A stretch of DNA of 64,000 nt from a virus. Taxonomy: Duplodnaviria; Caudoviricetes. Location: IMG/VR virus record IMGVR_UViG_2788500332_000006, positions 32,979 through 96,978 of that record. One strand, given 5' to 3'. This document shows positions 17,368-25,572 of this stretch, piece after piece. Numbering within the stretch: position 1 is the stretch's first letter; each line of letters starts with the position of its first letter. Under the pieces are notes generated by a model, which had not been told where the DNA came from, made no database searches, and worked only from the letters and a program-made list of their open reading frames with translations. The translations under genes were made by a program, and so were the position numbers.

Positions 17368-18451
17368 TTCTCATGTCCTTCTTTCTGGTCTGCCAAACGT
17401 CGAGCCAGTCGTCTGGCTCAGGAGACGGAACGATCACGCACTCGACGCCCTCCTTGAGGGCGCGCTCCTGCAGGAGGTCGGCGGCGCGGATGCCGGGCGG
17501 CAGGTCGGCGCGGTTGGTTAGCTTGTTGAGGCGGTGACGGTCGCCGTCGGCGTAGATCTCGAGGCGGCGCACGCCCTTTGGAATCTGGAAGCCGATCATT
17601 CCGGAGGTCGACAGCGTCGCCCAGACGGGGACGCGGCAGCCGGTCAGCAACAGGACGCCGATCGACGTCTCGACGCCCTCGGCAAGCCGGAGAACTTCGC
17701 CGATCGGCGCAAGGCGCACCGCGCCGCCGGCGGCAGGGCCCAGACCGAGCTTGATCTTCTTCCCGTCCTTGTCGAGCAGGTTCGTCCCGTCCGGCCGAAG
17801 AAAAATCCGCCAGACAGCGATGAGCTTCCGGTCCGGTGCCTGCACACCACAGACCAGGGCGGGATGGAACTCGCCGCGTCGCAGCTCGACGCGTGGATTG
17901 AACCGCAGGCTGGGAGGCCATGGCCGGCCATCCGGAAAGTCGGAAAGCTCGATGTCGCGCCCCTTGAGGTGAACCTCGGCGAGCGTCCCGGCGATCGGCA
18001 CCGACGCATGCCAGACCGCATGTGCCGTCTCCGCCTTCTCGGCGGTCTCGATCTCCGCCTGACGCTGCCGCTCGGCGGCACGGCGCTTCGATGCCTCCTG
18101 CGACTTGGCCCAAGCCCTCTTCTCTTCCGGCGTCAGCTCGCGGCCCCGGAGTTCAAGGTAGCGCTCCTTGGCAATCTGGACGGCCTCGCCATGTGACTTG
18201 CAGCCGAAGGCCAGCTCGATGAGATGGATGAGGTTGCCGCCACCCTTCGTGTTGCCTGCCTGCCCCTGCCAGAAGCCAACCATCCCGACGCGCGGCCCTG
18301 CAATATGGACCGAGCACTTCCCGTGGCAGTCGCCCCGCCAATAGTTCTTGTCCCTGCGGCCATCCGGGATGCAGTCCTCGGCGATCTGGGACGCGTGGTC
18401 GTTCAGCCGCTCGACGATCTCTTCGTAGGGGATCTTCTCGTGGACGGTCAT
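17339..18451 (-). CDS. Phage primase-like protein (DUF7146/Toprim)
   Basis: IAGTLAEVHLKGR, LGPAAGGAVRL, LAEGVET, IYADGD, DWLD. Confidence 0.85.
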   Translation of the reverse strand: MTVHEKIPYEEIVERLNDHASQIAEDCIPDGRRDKNYWRGDCHGKCSVHIAGPRVGMVGFWQGQAGNTKGGGNLIHLIELAFGCKSHGEAVQIAKERYLELRGRELTPEEKRAWAKSQEASKRRAAERQRQAEIETAEKAETAHAVWHASVPIAGTLAEVHLKGRDIELSDFPDGRPWPPSLRFNPRVELRRGEFHPALVCGVQAPDRKLIAVWRIFLRPDGTNLLDKDGKKIKLGLGPAAGGAVRLAPIGEVLRLAEGVETSIGVLLLTGCRVPVWATLSTSGMIGFQIPKGVRRLEIYADGDRHRLNKLTNRADLPPGIRAADLLQERALKEGVECVIVPSPEPDDWLDVWQTRKKDMRNGRSVVYLD

Positions 18452-19335
18452 TATTCCGCCGCCCTCCAGAATATTTCGAGCTGCTCGCGCTCGGCGTCGA
18501 GCGCCCCCCGGCAAGCCTGATTGAGCCATAGAACCTCGGTGCGCGGCCGGGCGCCGTCGGCATAGGTGTCGAGCTCGAGGCGGTGCCAGCCGGCAAGCGT
18601 GTCGTCATAGAGCGGGTGGGAATAGCCGGAGAGCACCACCATCCCCGACAGGCCGCGCAGCACATCGAGCAGCACCGCATGATCCTCGTCGGTCATCTCA
18701 TGGGCATACATCCGCCAGCCGAGATCGTATTTGTTGCCTTGGACGCGCGTGGCAAGGACGTAGGGCGGGTCCACGTAGTGCAGCGTCTCCGGCCTGTCAT
18801 GCTGGCGCATGACCTCAATGGCAGGCCTGCACTCGATCACCACGCCCGCCAGCCGCTCGATCAGCGCATCCATGGCGTCGGGGTAATGCGCCCAATCCAG
18901 CGCCGGCGTAGTGCCCGACCGGGAGCTATTGGCGCGAAAGCCCGTGCTCCGGTGCCCCTTGGCCGCCGAGGCATGGGCATTGCTGCCGAAGCCCATGAAT
19001 GAGCGGATGACGAGGCGGCGGGCGCGCTCGATTGGATCGTCGGTCGGCTCGTAGGCCTCGCGAAACTCCTGCCGCGCGAAGGGTGTCAGCCGTAGGAGGT
19101 CCTGCAAGCGCCGCGCCGACGGTTCGTCGCGCAGCACGCGGAACAAGGTCACGACCTCGCCGTCGAGATCATTGTAAACCTCGCCATAGGCGCGCGGCTT
19201 GCGGATGAGCACCGATGCGGCGCCGCCGAACGGCTCGACATAGGTCCGATGCGCCGGGAAATGGCTGATGATCCAGGGGGCGAGACGCCACTTGCCGCCA
19301 TGCCAGCGGAGAACGGGGCGCGTTGGGCGGTTCAC
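18451..19335 (-). CDS. Dam/D12-family DNA adenine methyltransferase
   Basis: LRWHGGKWRL, YVEPFGGAASV, EVYNDLD, YVDPPY; GTGA-coupled start. Confidence 0.92.
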   Translation of the reverse strand: MNRPTRPVLRWHGGKWRLAPWIISHFPAHRTYVEPFGGAASVLIRKPRAYGEVYNDLDGEVVTLFRVLRDEPSARRLQDLLRLTPFARQEFREAYEPTDDPIERARRLVIRSFMGFGSNAHASAAKGHRSTGFRANSSRSGTTPALDWAHYPDAMDALIERLAGVVIECRPAIEVMRQHDRPETLHYVDPPYVLATRVQGNKYDLGWRMYAHEMTDEDHAVLLDVLRGLSGMVVLSGYSHPLYDDTLAGWHRLELDTYADGARPRTEVLWLNQACRGALDAEREQLEIFWRAAE

Positions 19336-21206
19336 TCTGTCGCCTCGATTCTCTGTGGGGTATCGACCGACAGGGCAACGGTCAGAGGCTGCACCCAGAT
19401 TGGATCGCTCGACAGCATGAAGGTCTCGCCGGCCCAGGCGAGCAGCAACGTGCGCCCCATGACACCGGCCACCGCAGCGGCGGCATCCGGCGGCACGGCG
19501 TTGCCAATCCGCTCGCGCCAGGCACTGTCTGACGTTCCGTCCATCTCGAAGCCGAACCACTCGTCCGGATCGAACAGGCTTTGCAGGGCGGCGAGCTCCA
19601 GCGTCGTGAACGGCCGGTGCCAAGTCCCATCGAGCGCACGGATGACGGCGACGAGCTTGTCATTCTCGGCCGGCAGGCCGGCGCCCGGGCCGCCCTGCAA
19701 AAGCTCGCCGGGCATGTCCCGGGGATCAGCGACGCTCCAGGGGCCGTTGTTGTTCTTGGCGAAGGCCGGCACCGCGCCGCTGTGACGGCCCCAGGGCACG
19801 ACGCCGTAGTGACCCTGCGTCGAATAGCCGTCCCGGTGCTCGCCGTTGAGCGCCTTCGGCCGAGGATCGGCCACCGCGAAGGCGCCCTGGCCGGTCGTGC
19901 TGGCGCCGATGACGCTGCCGGACGGCTCGCCAAAGGCCACCACCTTGTACTTGCCGCTGCCCTCGCGGCCGGCCGGAGCCCTTGGGTCGGCCACGCAAAG
20001 CCCGCCGCCGCTTGGGTGCGTGCCGCCGGTCACCGTCTTCCCGGTATCGCCCCAGTCGTGCACATGCAGGATGTTGTGGTGGGTGGCGGGACCGAAGCCC
20101 GTCCTCGGGTCGGCTACGGCAAAGCCGCCCTGCCCGGGCGACTTGACGTTGATGACGGCACCCATCGTCTCGCCCCAGCCACGAACGCCATACTGCCCGT
20201 ATTCGCCAGCGCCGGCGGGCGCGCGGGGATCGGCGACGCTGAAGGCCCCGTTGGTCGGGCCGTTTCTGCTGGCGATCACGCCGGAGCTGTCTTCCCACCG
20301 GTTCACGCCAAGCACGCCGGCGCGCCATTGCTCGTCCGGAGCGATGCCGAAGTCCGCCAGCACGCCGCCCTCGACCTTGAGCTTGTTGAGCGAGCGCCAG
20401 TCCGAGCCGGCCTCGACGAAGGCGAGACGGACCCACGTCTTCCAGTGCAGCGCCGGCATCCGGTGCATCGGGCCGGCCCGATCGTCGCCAGGCATCGGCA
20501 GCCGATCGAGGATTTCGCCGACACCGCGCAGCCGCCGCTTCGGCGGTTCGTACAGGAACGGCGGCACCTTCTCGCGATGCCGCGCCACCATCAGGAAGCG
20601 CTTGCGGCTCTGGCCCAGCCCACCGAGTTCGCCGCAGTCGTGCGTCGTCTCCGCATAGGCATAGCCGTAGTCTTCAAAGAGAGCCTGGATCGCTCGCAGC
20701 AGCGGTCGGCCACGATTGGCGATGCGCGGCACGTTCTCGAAGAGGAAGAATTCGGCCGGGTCATCCTTGTTGGATTCTAGCGCCAGCCAGACCGCCCGAA
20801 GCGTCAGGCCGTTCAGCGCCTGATACTTCGCCGAGGCCGAGGCCTTTTCGGACAGCAAGCCGGAGAAGCCCTTGCACGGCGCCGACACGAACCAGATGTG
20901 CGGCCGCTCGTAGCCCATGGCGGCCCGGATGTCGTCCGGCGTCGCCTCGCGCCAGCCGGGCGGCGGCTCGTGGCCGTGGAACGCCCGATACTGTTCCAGC
21001 GACATCAGGTCGAGTAGCGTCCCCTTGACGCCGGCGAACCGCTCGAAGTCCCGGACACCGGCTGGGTCGACGTCGACGCCGCCGATGTTGCGGAACTTGG
21101 CGACCAGGTTTCCGACCCGCGCATTGCCCTTGCGGAAGCCCTTGGCACCAAAGCCAGAGCCGCAGCAAAGATGTCCGACGCGGACTTCTTTGACGATATC
21201 GTTCAC
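19332..21206 (-). CDS. C5-cytosine DNA methyltransferase with an internal repeat insert
   Basis: HLCCGSG, SAPCKGFS, FENVPRI, QSRKRF, IGNAVPP. Confidence 0.9.
   Translation of the reverse strand: MNDIVKEVRVGHLCCGSGFGAKGFRKGNARVGNLVAKFRNIGGVDVDPAGVRDFERFAGVKGTLLDLMSLEQYRAFHGHEPPPGWREATPDDIRAAMGYERPHIWFVSAPCKGFSGLLSEKASASAKYQALNGLTLRAVWLALESNKDDPAEFFLFENVPRIANRGRPLLRAIQALFEDYGYAYAETTHDCGELGGLGQSRKRFLMVARHREKVPPFLYEPPKRRLRGVGEILDRLPMPGDDRAGPMHRMPALHWKTWVRLAFVEAGSDWRSLNKLKVEGGVLADFGIAPDEQWRAGVLGVNRWEDSSGVIASRNGPTNGAFSVADPRAPAGAGEYGQYGVRGWGETMGAVINVKSPGQGGFAVADPRTGFGPATHHNILHVHDWGDTGKTVTGGTHPSGGGLCVADPRAPAGREGSGKYKVVAFGEPSGSVIGASTTGQGAFAVADPRPKALNGEHRDGYSTQGHYGVVPWGRHSGAVPAFAKNNNGPWSVADPRDMPGELLQGGPGAGLPAENDKLVAVIRALDGTWHRPFTTLELAALQSLFDPDEWFGFEMDGTSDSAWRERIGNAVPPDAAAAVAGVMGRTLLLAWAGETFMLSSDPIWVQPLTVALSVDTPQRIEATE
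19720..20318 (-). repeat. Five ~40-aa protein repeats ending VADPR within the C5 MTase
   Basis: GV..W.....V......G.F.VADPR unit seen five times. Confidence 0.9.
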
Positions 21207-21784
21207 AGAAATGAGTCCTGCTGGTAGGAGCGCCCCTTGTCGAAAGCGTAGGAGGGCTCGTGCATGATCCGGAGCGCGTCGAGCATGCAGAGCGCTTCGG
21301 CTTCGTCCTCGGTGTTGTAGGACCAGCCGTTTCGGTCGCAGTAGGCTTTGGCCTGCTGCTTCAGCCACTTGGACTTTTCTGGCTGCTTGGTAAGGTCCTT
21401 CGGCGCGCGGGTCTTGCCGTGCGTCTTCGACCTCCAGGTGGAGATGGCGAGCAGTTCCGGCTCCCGGAGCCCCATGACATGGCAGATGGTCTGCGCGTGC
21501 GTCGGCCAGCCGGAAGAGAACATGACCTGCTGCGCGTCGATCGCCGGTTTTCCCGGCTCACCGTGGTCGACGATGGTCATAAGCTCGATTCCGACCAGCG
21601 GGTCAGGCAGGCTGTTGAGCACCCGTCGGAAATAGGAGCTGAACTCGGCATAGGCGGCGCCGGCCGGCTGCTGCGTGAACTTCCACGTGCCATGCCGTAG
21701 GTTGCCGCCGCCGGCGAGGCAGTAGGCGAAGCCCATTGTCCTGCCTGGGTCGAAGACGAAGTAGGAGCCGGGGGCGGAGCTCAT
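21203..21784 (-). CDS. RuvC-like resolvase/nuclease
   Basis: FVFDPGRTMGFA, VGIE, ISTWRSK, EDEAEALCML. Confidence 0.75.
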   Translation of the reverse strand: MSSAPGSYFVFDPGRTMGFAYCLAGGGNLRHGTWKFTQQPAGAAYAEFSSYFRRVLNSLPDPLVGIELMTIVDHGEPGKPAIDAQQVMFSSGWPTHAQTICHVMGLREPELLAISTWRSKTHGKTRAPKDLTKQPEKSKWLKQQAKAYCDRNGWSYNTEDEAEALCMLDALRIMHEPSYAFDKGRSYQQDSFL

Positions 21785-22362
21785 GCTGGCACCCCAGCTT
21801 GAAACTTTTCCAGCTCATTCCCGAAGGAGTGCCAACCGCTGCGCCGCTCCCGCGCAAAGACGTCACATCGGCGCGCTTGCGGCATAACCTTATCGCAGAG
21901 AGCGTAAAACTCGTCTGGCTTGCGGCTATGTTCCCTTGCCAAGCCGTCGAAAATAGTCTGCGGAACATAGGACTGCTTCGGATTGCCAAGCGTGGCGACA
22001 ACAACCGCTTCGCCAGTTGTCCGAACCCGATAGCCGGTTCCCATCCTGACCCTGCCGGTGGCGGTCACCTTCCTCCAGACCAGCACGGACTTATAAGTGA
22101 AGCCCCAAGCTTTCACGCAGCGGATAGCCAAGTCGAGCTGGGGTGCCGTTGCCCAACAATAGAGAAGGCAATTCATTGACGCCAATTGCCCTACTGGAAG
22201 AGCAGTGACCTGGGCATCAGTCATGAGGTCGTACTTGGAAAGAGCTGACTTCTTCGCCCCCTCCGCGCTGTAGAGATCGAATCCCCATGGGGGATCAATT
22301 ACGATCAACTCGTAGAAAAGCGGGATTAGCGGTGCAAAGAACCACTCCGCCATGACGGACAC
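21781..22362 (-). CDS. MT-A70-family adenine methyltransferase
   Basis: IVIDPPW, LYCWAT, AWGFTYKS, MGTGY, REHSRKP, FAR. Confidence 0.92.
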   Translation of the reverse strand: MSVMAEWFFAPLIPLFYELIVIDPPWGFDLYSAEGAKKSALSKYDLMTDAQVTALPVGQLASMNCLLYCWATAPQLDLAIRCVKAWGFTYKSVLVWRKVTATGRVRMGTGYRVRTTGEAVVVATLGNPKQSYVPQTIFDGLAREHSRKPDEFYALCDKVMPQARRCDVFARERRSGWHSFGNELEKFQAGVPA

Positions 22363-22409
22363 CGAACCTTGGAATTGACGATGAGGGAGGCGCCCGCCAG
22401 TGGCGAGCG

Positions 22410-22811
22410 CTAGATCCTGTCGATGCCGAGGGCTTTCGCGAGGCCGCGTTCCATCTTCTGGAGCGCCTTGTTGATCCTGAGATCCATGTTGATGAACCTG
22501 AACAGAAGCGGCTCACCAACCTCCGGAAACCGGACCATCCGCACGAACTGCTTGTAGGACATGGAGCCCTTGGCAACGTTGCACCGCTCACAGGCGGCGA
22601 CGATGTTCTTCCGCTGGTTCGACCCGCCCAGCGCCCGAGGATCGACGTGGTCTCGCGTGACCGTGTGGATGGTCAGTTTGGTCCGGCAGTAGTGGCACCG
22701 GCCGTGCTCCTTGCGGAGCGCATCTTCCCTGTCCGCACGGTCGAACGCTCGATCCAGCTTGCGCTGCTGGTGCGGGGTCAGGCCGAAGCGGTCTCCCCTT
22801 CGGCGCCCCAT
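22410..22811 (-). CDS. HNH endonuclease
   Basis: CHYC..TRDHVDPRALGGSN..NIVAACERCNVAKG. Confidence 0.9.
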   Translation of the reverse strand: MGRRRGDRFGLTPHQQRKLDRAFDRADREDALRKEHGRCHYCRTKLTIHTVTRDHVDPRALGGSNQRKNIVAACERCNVAKGSMSYKQFVRMVRFPEVGEPLLFRFINMDLRINKALQKMERGLAKALGIDRI

Positions 22812-22814
22812 GGA

Positions 22815-23153
22815 TCACGCGGTCGGAAGCGGCGAGGCCTTCGAGAGGATGTCGTTGAGGTCGCCGAGCGTATCGAGGATGACGATGCGCACAGGGCTAC
22901 ACGCCTTCAGCGGCTCACCCACAAACGCCGCCTCGCCGACATAGGCCGCGGCGGCGTCCGACGGTTGCTCTCCAGCGGCCCGGATCGCGCTCTCTCCCCA
23001 CCAGGCCTCGGTCTGCCGGCCGTCACCGGCACGATAGCGCACGAGGTAATTATTCTCCGTGGTGGTGTACTCGGCACGGCCGATGACCTCGCCGGTCTCA
23101 GGACTGTGGGTCAAGGCCACAATGGCGCCGAGCTTGAACTTGAAATTGCTCAT
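22815..23153 (-). CDS. Phage hypothetical protein (SH3-like beta-rich N-terminus)
   Basis: FKFKLGAIV..GEVIGRAEY..YLVRY..EAWWGES; leader motif upstream. Confidence 0.7.
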   Translation of the reverse strand: MSNFKFKLGAIVALTHSPETGEVIGRAEYTTTENNYLVRYRAGDGRQTEAWWGESAIRAAGEQPSDAAAAYVGEAAFVGEPLKACSPVRIVILDTLGDLNDILSKASPLPTA

Positions 23154-23202
23154 GATTGTCTCCGTTGGTCGCATGCTTGCGGGTGTTCGCCGATGTCGGC
23201 GG

Positions 23203-23682
23203 TCAGTTGCCGGCGCCTTCCATGGCGCTCGACAATTCCTTGTTCACGAAGGCCGTGCCCTCGTTGTAGCCCTCCTGCCAGCGCTGGAACTGCGAGGAGC
23301 CCGGCTGGTAGGGGTTCACGTTCTGCTTCCGCAGGCTGCCGGCGGCCTTGCCCTGCTCGAAAGCCTTGTCGTCCTGAGGCGCGCGATCGTCGATAAGCTC
23401 GAGCTGGCGGCCGAGCGCGTGACCGAACAGCTTGGCGATGCGGATCTTCCGCTCGAACTCGGCGATGACCTTGCCGGAGTCCTTGTCCTCAAGCGACAGC
23501 GCGAACTCGACGTCCTTCTTGGTCCAGCCGAGATCCTTGAGACGCTTGTAGGTCGCGCCCATGTCGCCCTTGGTGCCGGCCATGGTCGACGTCAGCTCTT
23601 TGATCTCGGTGAACCCGCGGAGGAACTGCTGGTCCTCGTAGATCTCCTGCTCAGTCTTTTCGTTGTGATCCCTGCCCATCAT
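23203..23682 (-). CDS. GapR-like N-terminus with Rmf-like C-terminus
   Basis: MGRDHN..KGDMGATYKRLKDLGW; AFEQGKAAG..NPY..QRWQEGYNEG. Confidence 0.55.
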   Translation of the reverse strand: MMGRDHNEKTEQEIYEDQQFLRGFTEIKELTSTMAGTKGDMGATYKRLKDLGWTKKDVEFALSLEDKDSGKVIAEFERKIRIAKLFGHALGRQLELIDDRAPQDDKAFEQGKAAGSLRKQNVNPYQPGSSQFQRWQEGYNEGTAFVNKELSSAMEGAGN

Positions 23683-23851
23683 CGCCATCCCTCTTTTCGT
23701 CAGCCGCTTCGGCCATCTGCGCAACGAGGTTCGAAACTGTCTGCCGGCTGACCCCGAATGATCGGGCGATATCGGCGTGGCTCATTCTCTCGTCCAACAT
23801 GGACCGAAGCCGCTTTAGCTGTGACCCAGACCACTCAATCTTCGCCGTCAT
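23651..23851 (-). CDS. HTH protein (GcrA N-terminal-like, CII position)
   Basis: WSGSQLKRLRSMLDERMSHADIARSFGVSRQTV. Confidence 0.65.
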   Translation of the reverse strand: MTAKIEWSGSQLKRLRSMLDERMSHADIARSFGVSRQTVSNLVAQMAEAADEKRDGDDGQGSQRKD

Positions 23852-23941
23852 TCGGTGAAGCCTTACAGTAGAGACGCCGTGAACCGACAGTCTCCAGAAC
23901 GTAACGTGTAGGGAGTTGTCAACATGACCAAAGAAAAACCG

Positions 23942-24202
23942 TTACGAGGCGGTCTCAAGACACGCCTTCGCCAGCCATTCCAGAGAAATGCCTCGAACTC
24001 GCTTCTTGCGCGATGCCGCAACTACAGCAGGCCAATGCTCCATCGGGATACACCCGCGCTCCCGCCATTTCCTGGCGGTTTGGTATTTGACGCCAACCGC
24101 TCGGGCGAATTCGGCCACAGCTCCCCACAAGCCGTCAGGCCCCCAAGCCCACCTGTCGATGAGTTCGGGAATGGAGGTAGGACATGATTGCTTCGCGCTC
24201 AT
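23942..24202 (-). CDS. Cro-like antirepressor-side regulator
   Basis: AEFARAVGVKYQTARKWRERGCIPMEHWPAVV; divergent from cI. Confidence 0.8.
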   Translation of the reverse strand: MSAKQSCPTSIPELIDRWAWGPDGLWGAVAEFARAVGVKYQTARKWRERGCIPMEHWPAVVAASRKKRVRGISLEWLAKACLETAS

Positions 24203-24209
24203 GCGCCAG

Positions 24210-24238
24210 TTTGTACACTGCGTATAAATCCGCCGCAA
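24210..24238 (-). promoter_or_regulatory. PR-like promoter TTGCGG-17-TACAAA with operator O1 (GTACACTGCGTAT, 24213-24225)
   Basis: Same layout as the promoter at 25324; operator covers spacer and -10. Confidence 0.7.
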
Positions 24239-24247
24239 CCCCTCTTC

Positions 24248-24279
24248 CTACGCCGCGTACTAAATATTTGATCCATAAT
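24248..24279 (+). promoter_or_regulatory. Operator O2 (CTACGCCGCGTAC, 24248-24260) and cI -10 CATAAT (24274-24279)
   Basis: Operator consensus match; -10 ends 6 nt before the cI ATG and there is no RBS. Confidence 0.6.
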
Positions 24280-24285
24280 CGGCGT

Positions 24286-24921
24286 ATGAAAAATGTTATC
24301 GACGAGAGAACCCGTCTCGAGCGGGCGCGCCGCCTCAAGGAGGCGCGGATCAAGGCCTATGGCGATAATCTCAGCGAGATGTACCGGCAGGTCCGATTGC
24401 CGGTAACCCAGAGCGCTTATACCCATCACGAGAGCGGTCGGCGCGCCTATGACTACGACCTGGCGCTCGCTTACGCGGATCTCTTTGGAGTGACCGCCGA
24501 GCACCTTTACAACGGGCCTGACGCAACGAACGGACATGGGATTCAGATCCCCGTCGTATCCATGGTCACCGCCGGCATGCTGCAATTCCGCGAAGGCGTC
24601 GAAAAGAAGGACGTCATCCGGACCATAACCCTCAGTGGACTCCCCGACGGGGAATGGATCGGGCTGATCGTCGACGGCGATTCCATGAATCGGATCGCGC
24701 CGCCTAACTCCATCATCGCGGTGAACAGACGCGACAAGACGCTGCTGAATGACAAATTCTACGTCTTCGTCAATAGCTTAAGCGAATCCACGTTCAAAAA
24801 GTTTAGAAAAAGCCCGCCCCGGATGACGCCCTACTCGACGAATCCTGACCATATGTCGATTCCTATGTCGGACGATATGCAGGTCTTCGGGCGAGTCAAA
24901 GTCGTCATCACAGAACTCTAG
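24286..24921 (+). CDS. CI-like repressor (HTH + S24 peptidase)
   Basis: RLKEARIKA..SAYTHHESGRR; VTAG cleavage site; GDSM Ser; TFKK Lys. Confidence 0.9.
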   Translation: MKNVIDERTRLERARRLKEARIKAYGDNLSEMYRQVRLPVTQSAYTHHESGRRAYDYDLALAYADLFGVTAEHLYNGPDATNGHGIQIPVVSMVTAGMLQFREGVEKKDVIRTITLSGLPDGEWIGLIVDGDSMNRIAPPNSIIAVNRRDKTLLNDKFYVFVNSLSESTFKKFRKSPPRMTPYSTNPDHMSIPMSDDMQVFGRVKVVITEL

Positions 24922-25271
24922 GATTCAGAGAGGGAATCCTTCCTCATGCTCGGTGGTGAGCCCTGAGCCCGGACATAGGAGGACTAAGCCCTGTGCCCGA
25001 GAGCATCCAGGGTTAGCCCCTATGCCGGATGACATGCTCGGCGGAGCCGCCCGTCACCCATCCCCGACGTTCGACACCAGCGACGTCAGTTGTCCGCACT
25101 TTTTCGTCGCCTCTGGCAAGGCCACGGCAGGAACCCCTTCGGACTTTCGGAGTGGGGCTTCTATCTTCCTGCGCCCGATGGTATAGAAAAGACCTCTGCA
25201 AAGAGGTGAGAGCGCCACCGTCTCTACCGACCGCTCTCTTCCAAAGCCCCAGGTTCCCGCCTGGGGCTTTT
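24920..25271 (+). ncRNA. Putative structured non-coding RNA
   Basis: Many hand-checked helices, G-U wobbles and a GCAA tetraloop mostly favouring the + strand; no credible ORF. Confidence 0.55.
25243..25271. terminator. Bidirectional rho-independent terminator
   Basis: AAAGCCCCAGG-TTCCCG-CCTGGGGCTTTT. Confidence 0.85.
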
Positions 25272-25302
25272 CGCTTCTACGCCCTCCGTCGATCGCCCGT
25301 CA

Positions 25303-25352
25303 ATACGCAGTGTACGAATCCGCTTGACGCTGATTTGTACACAGCGTACTAA
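25303..25352 (+). promoter_or_regulatory. PL-like promoter TTGACG-17-TACTAA with operators O3 (25303-25315) and O4 (25337-25349)
   Basis: O3 ATACGCAGTGTAC is the exact reverse complement of O1; O4 GTACACAGCGTAC. Confidence 0.8.
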
Positions 25353-25371
25353 TCGCGTCACGGAGGCACCG

Positions 25372-25539
25372 ATGACCGCTTCGACCCGCACCACCAAGCA
25401 GGAAGCGACATCGCAGAACCAAACCCGCGAAGCGCTCGACGCTTGGCGGCGAGGTGACCGCCTCTCTGACGAACAGCAGGACGCCGTGACGTGGGCCTTG
25501 TGCTCATGTCTTGCCCGCGCCCTCGGCTATCAGACCTGA
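25372..25539 (+). CDS. Small hypothetical protein
   Basis: GGAGG RBS; first gene after PL. Confidence 0.6.
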   Translation: MTASTRTTKQEATSQNQTREALDAWRRGDRLSDEQQDAVTWALCSCLARALGYQT

Positions 25540-25572
25540 ACCAACCAGAGGGCGGCCTTTGGCCGTGCAGCC

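Noticed and set aside
24920-25271. tmRNA, hammerhead, group II intron or retron identity for the structured region
   Set aside because: No tRNA-like ends or tag frame, no CUGANGA/GAAA core, no domain V, and no reverse transcriptase in the window.
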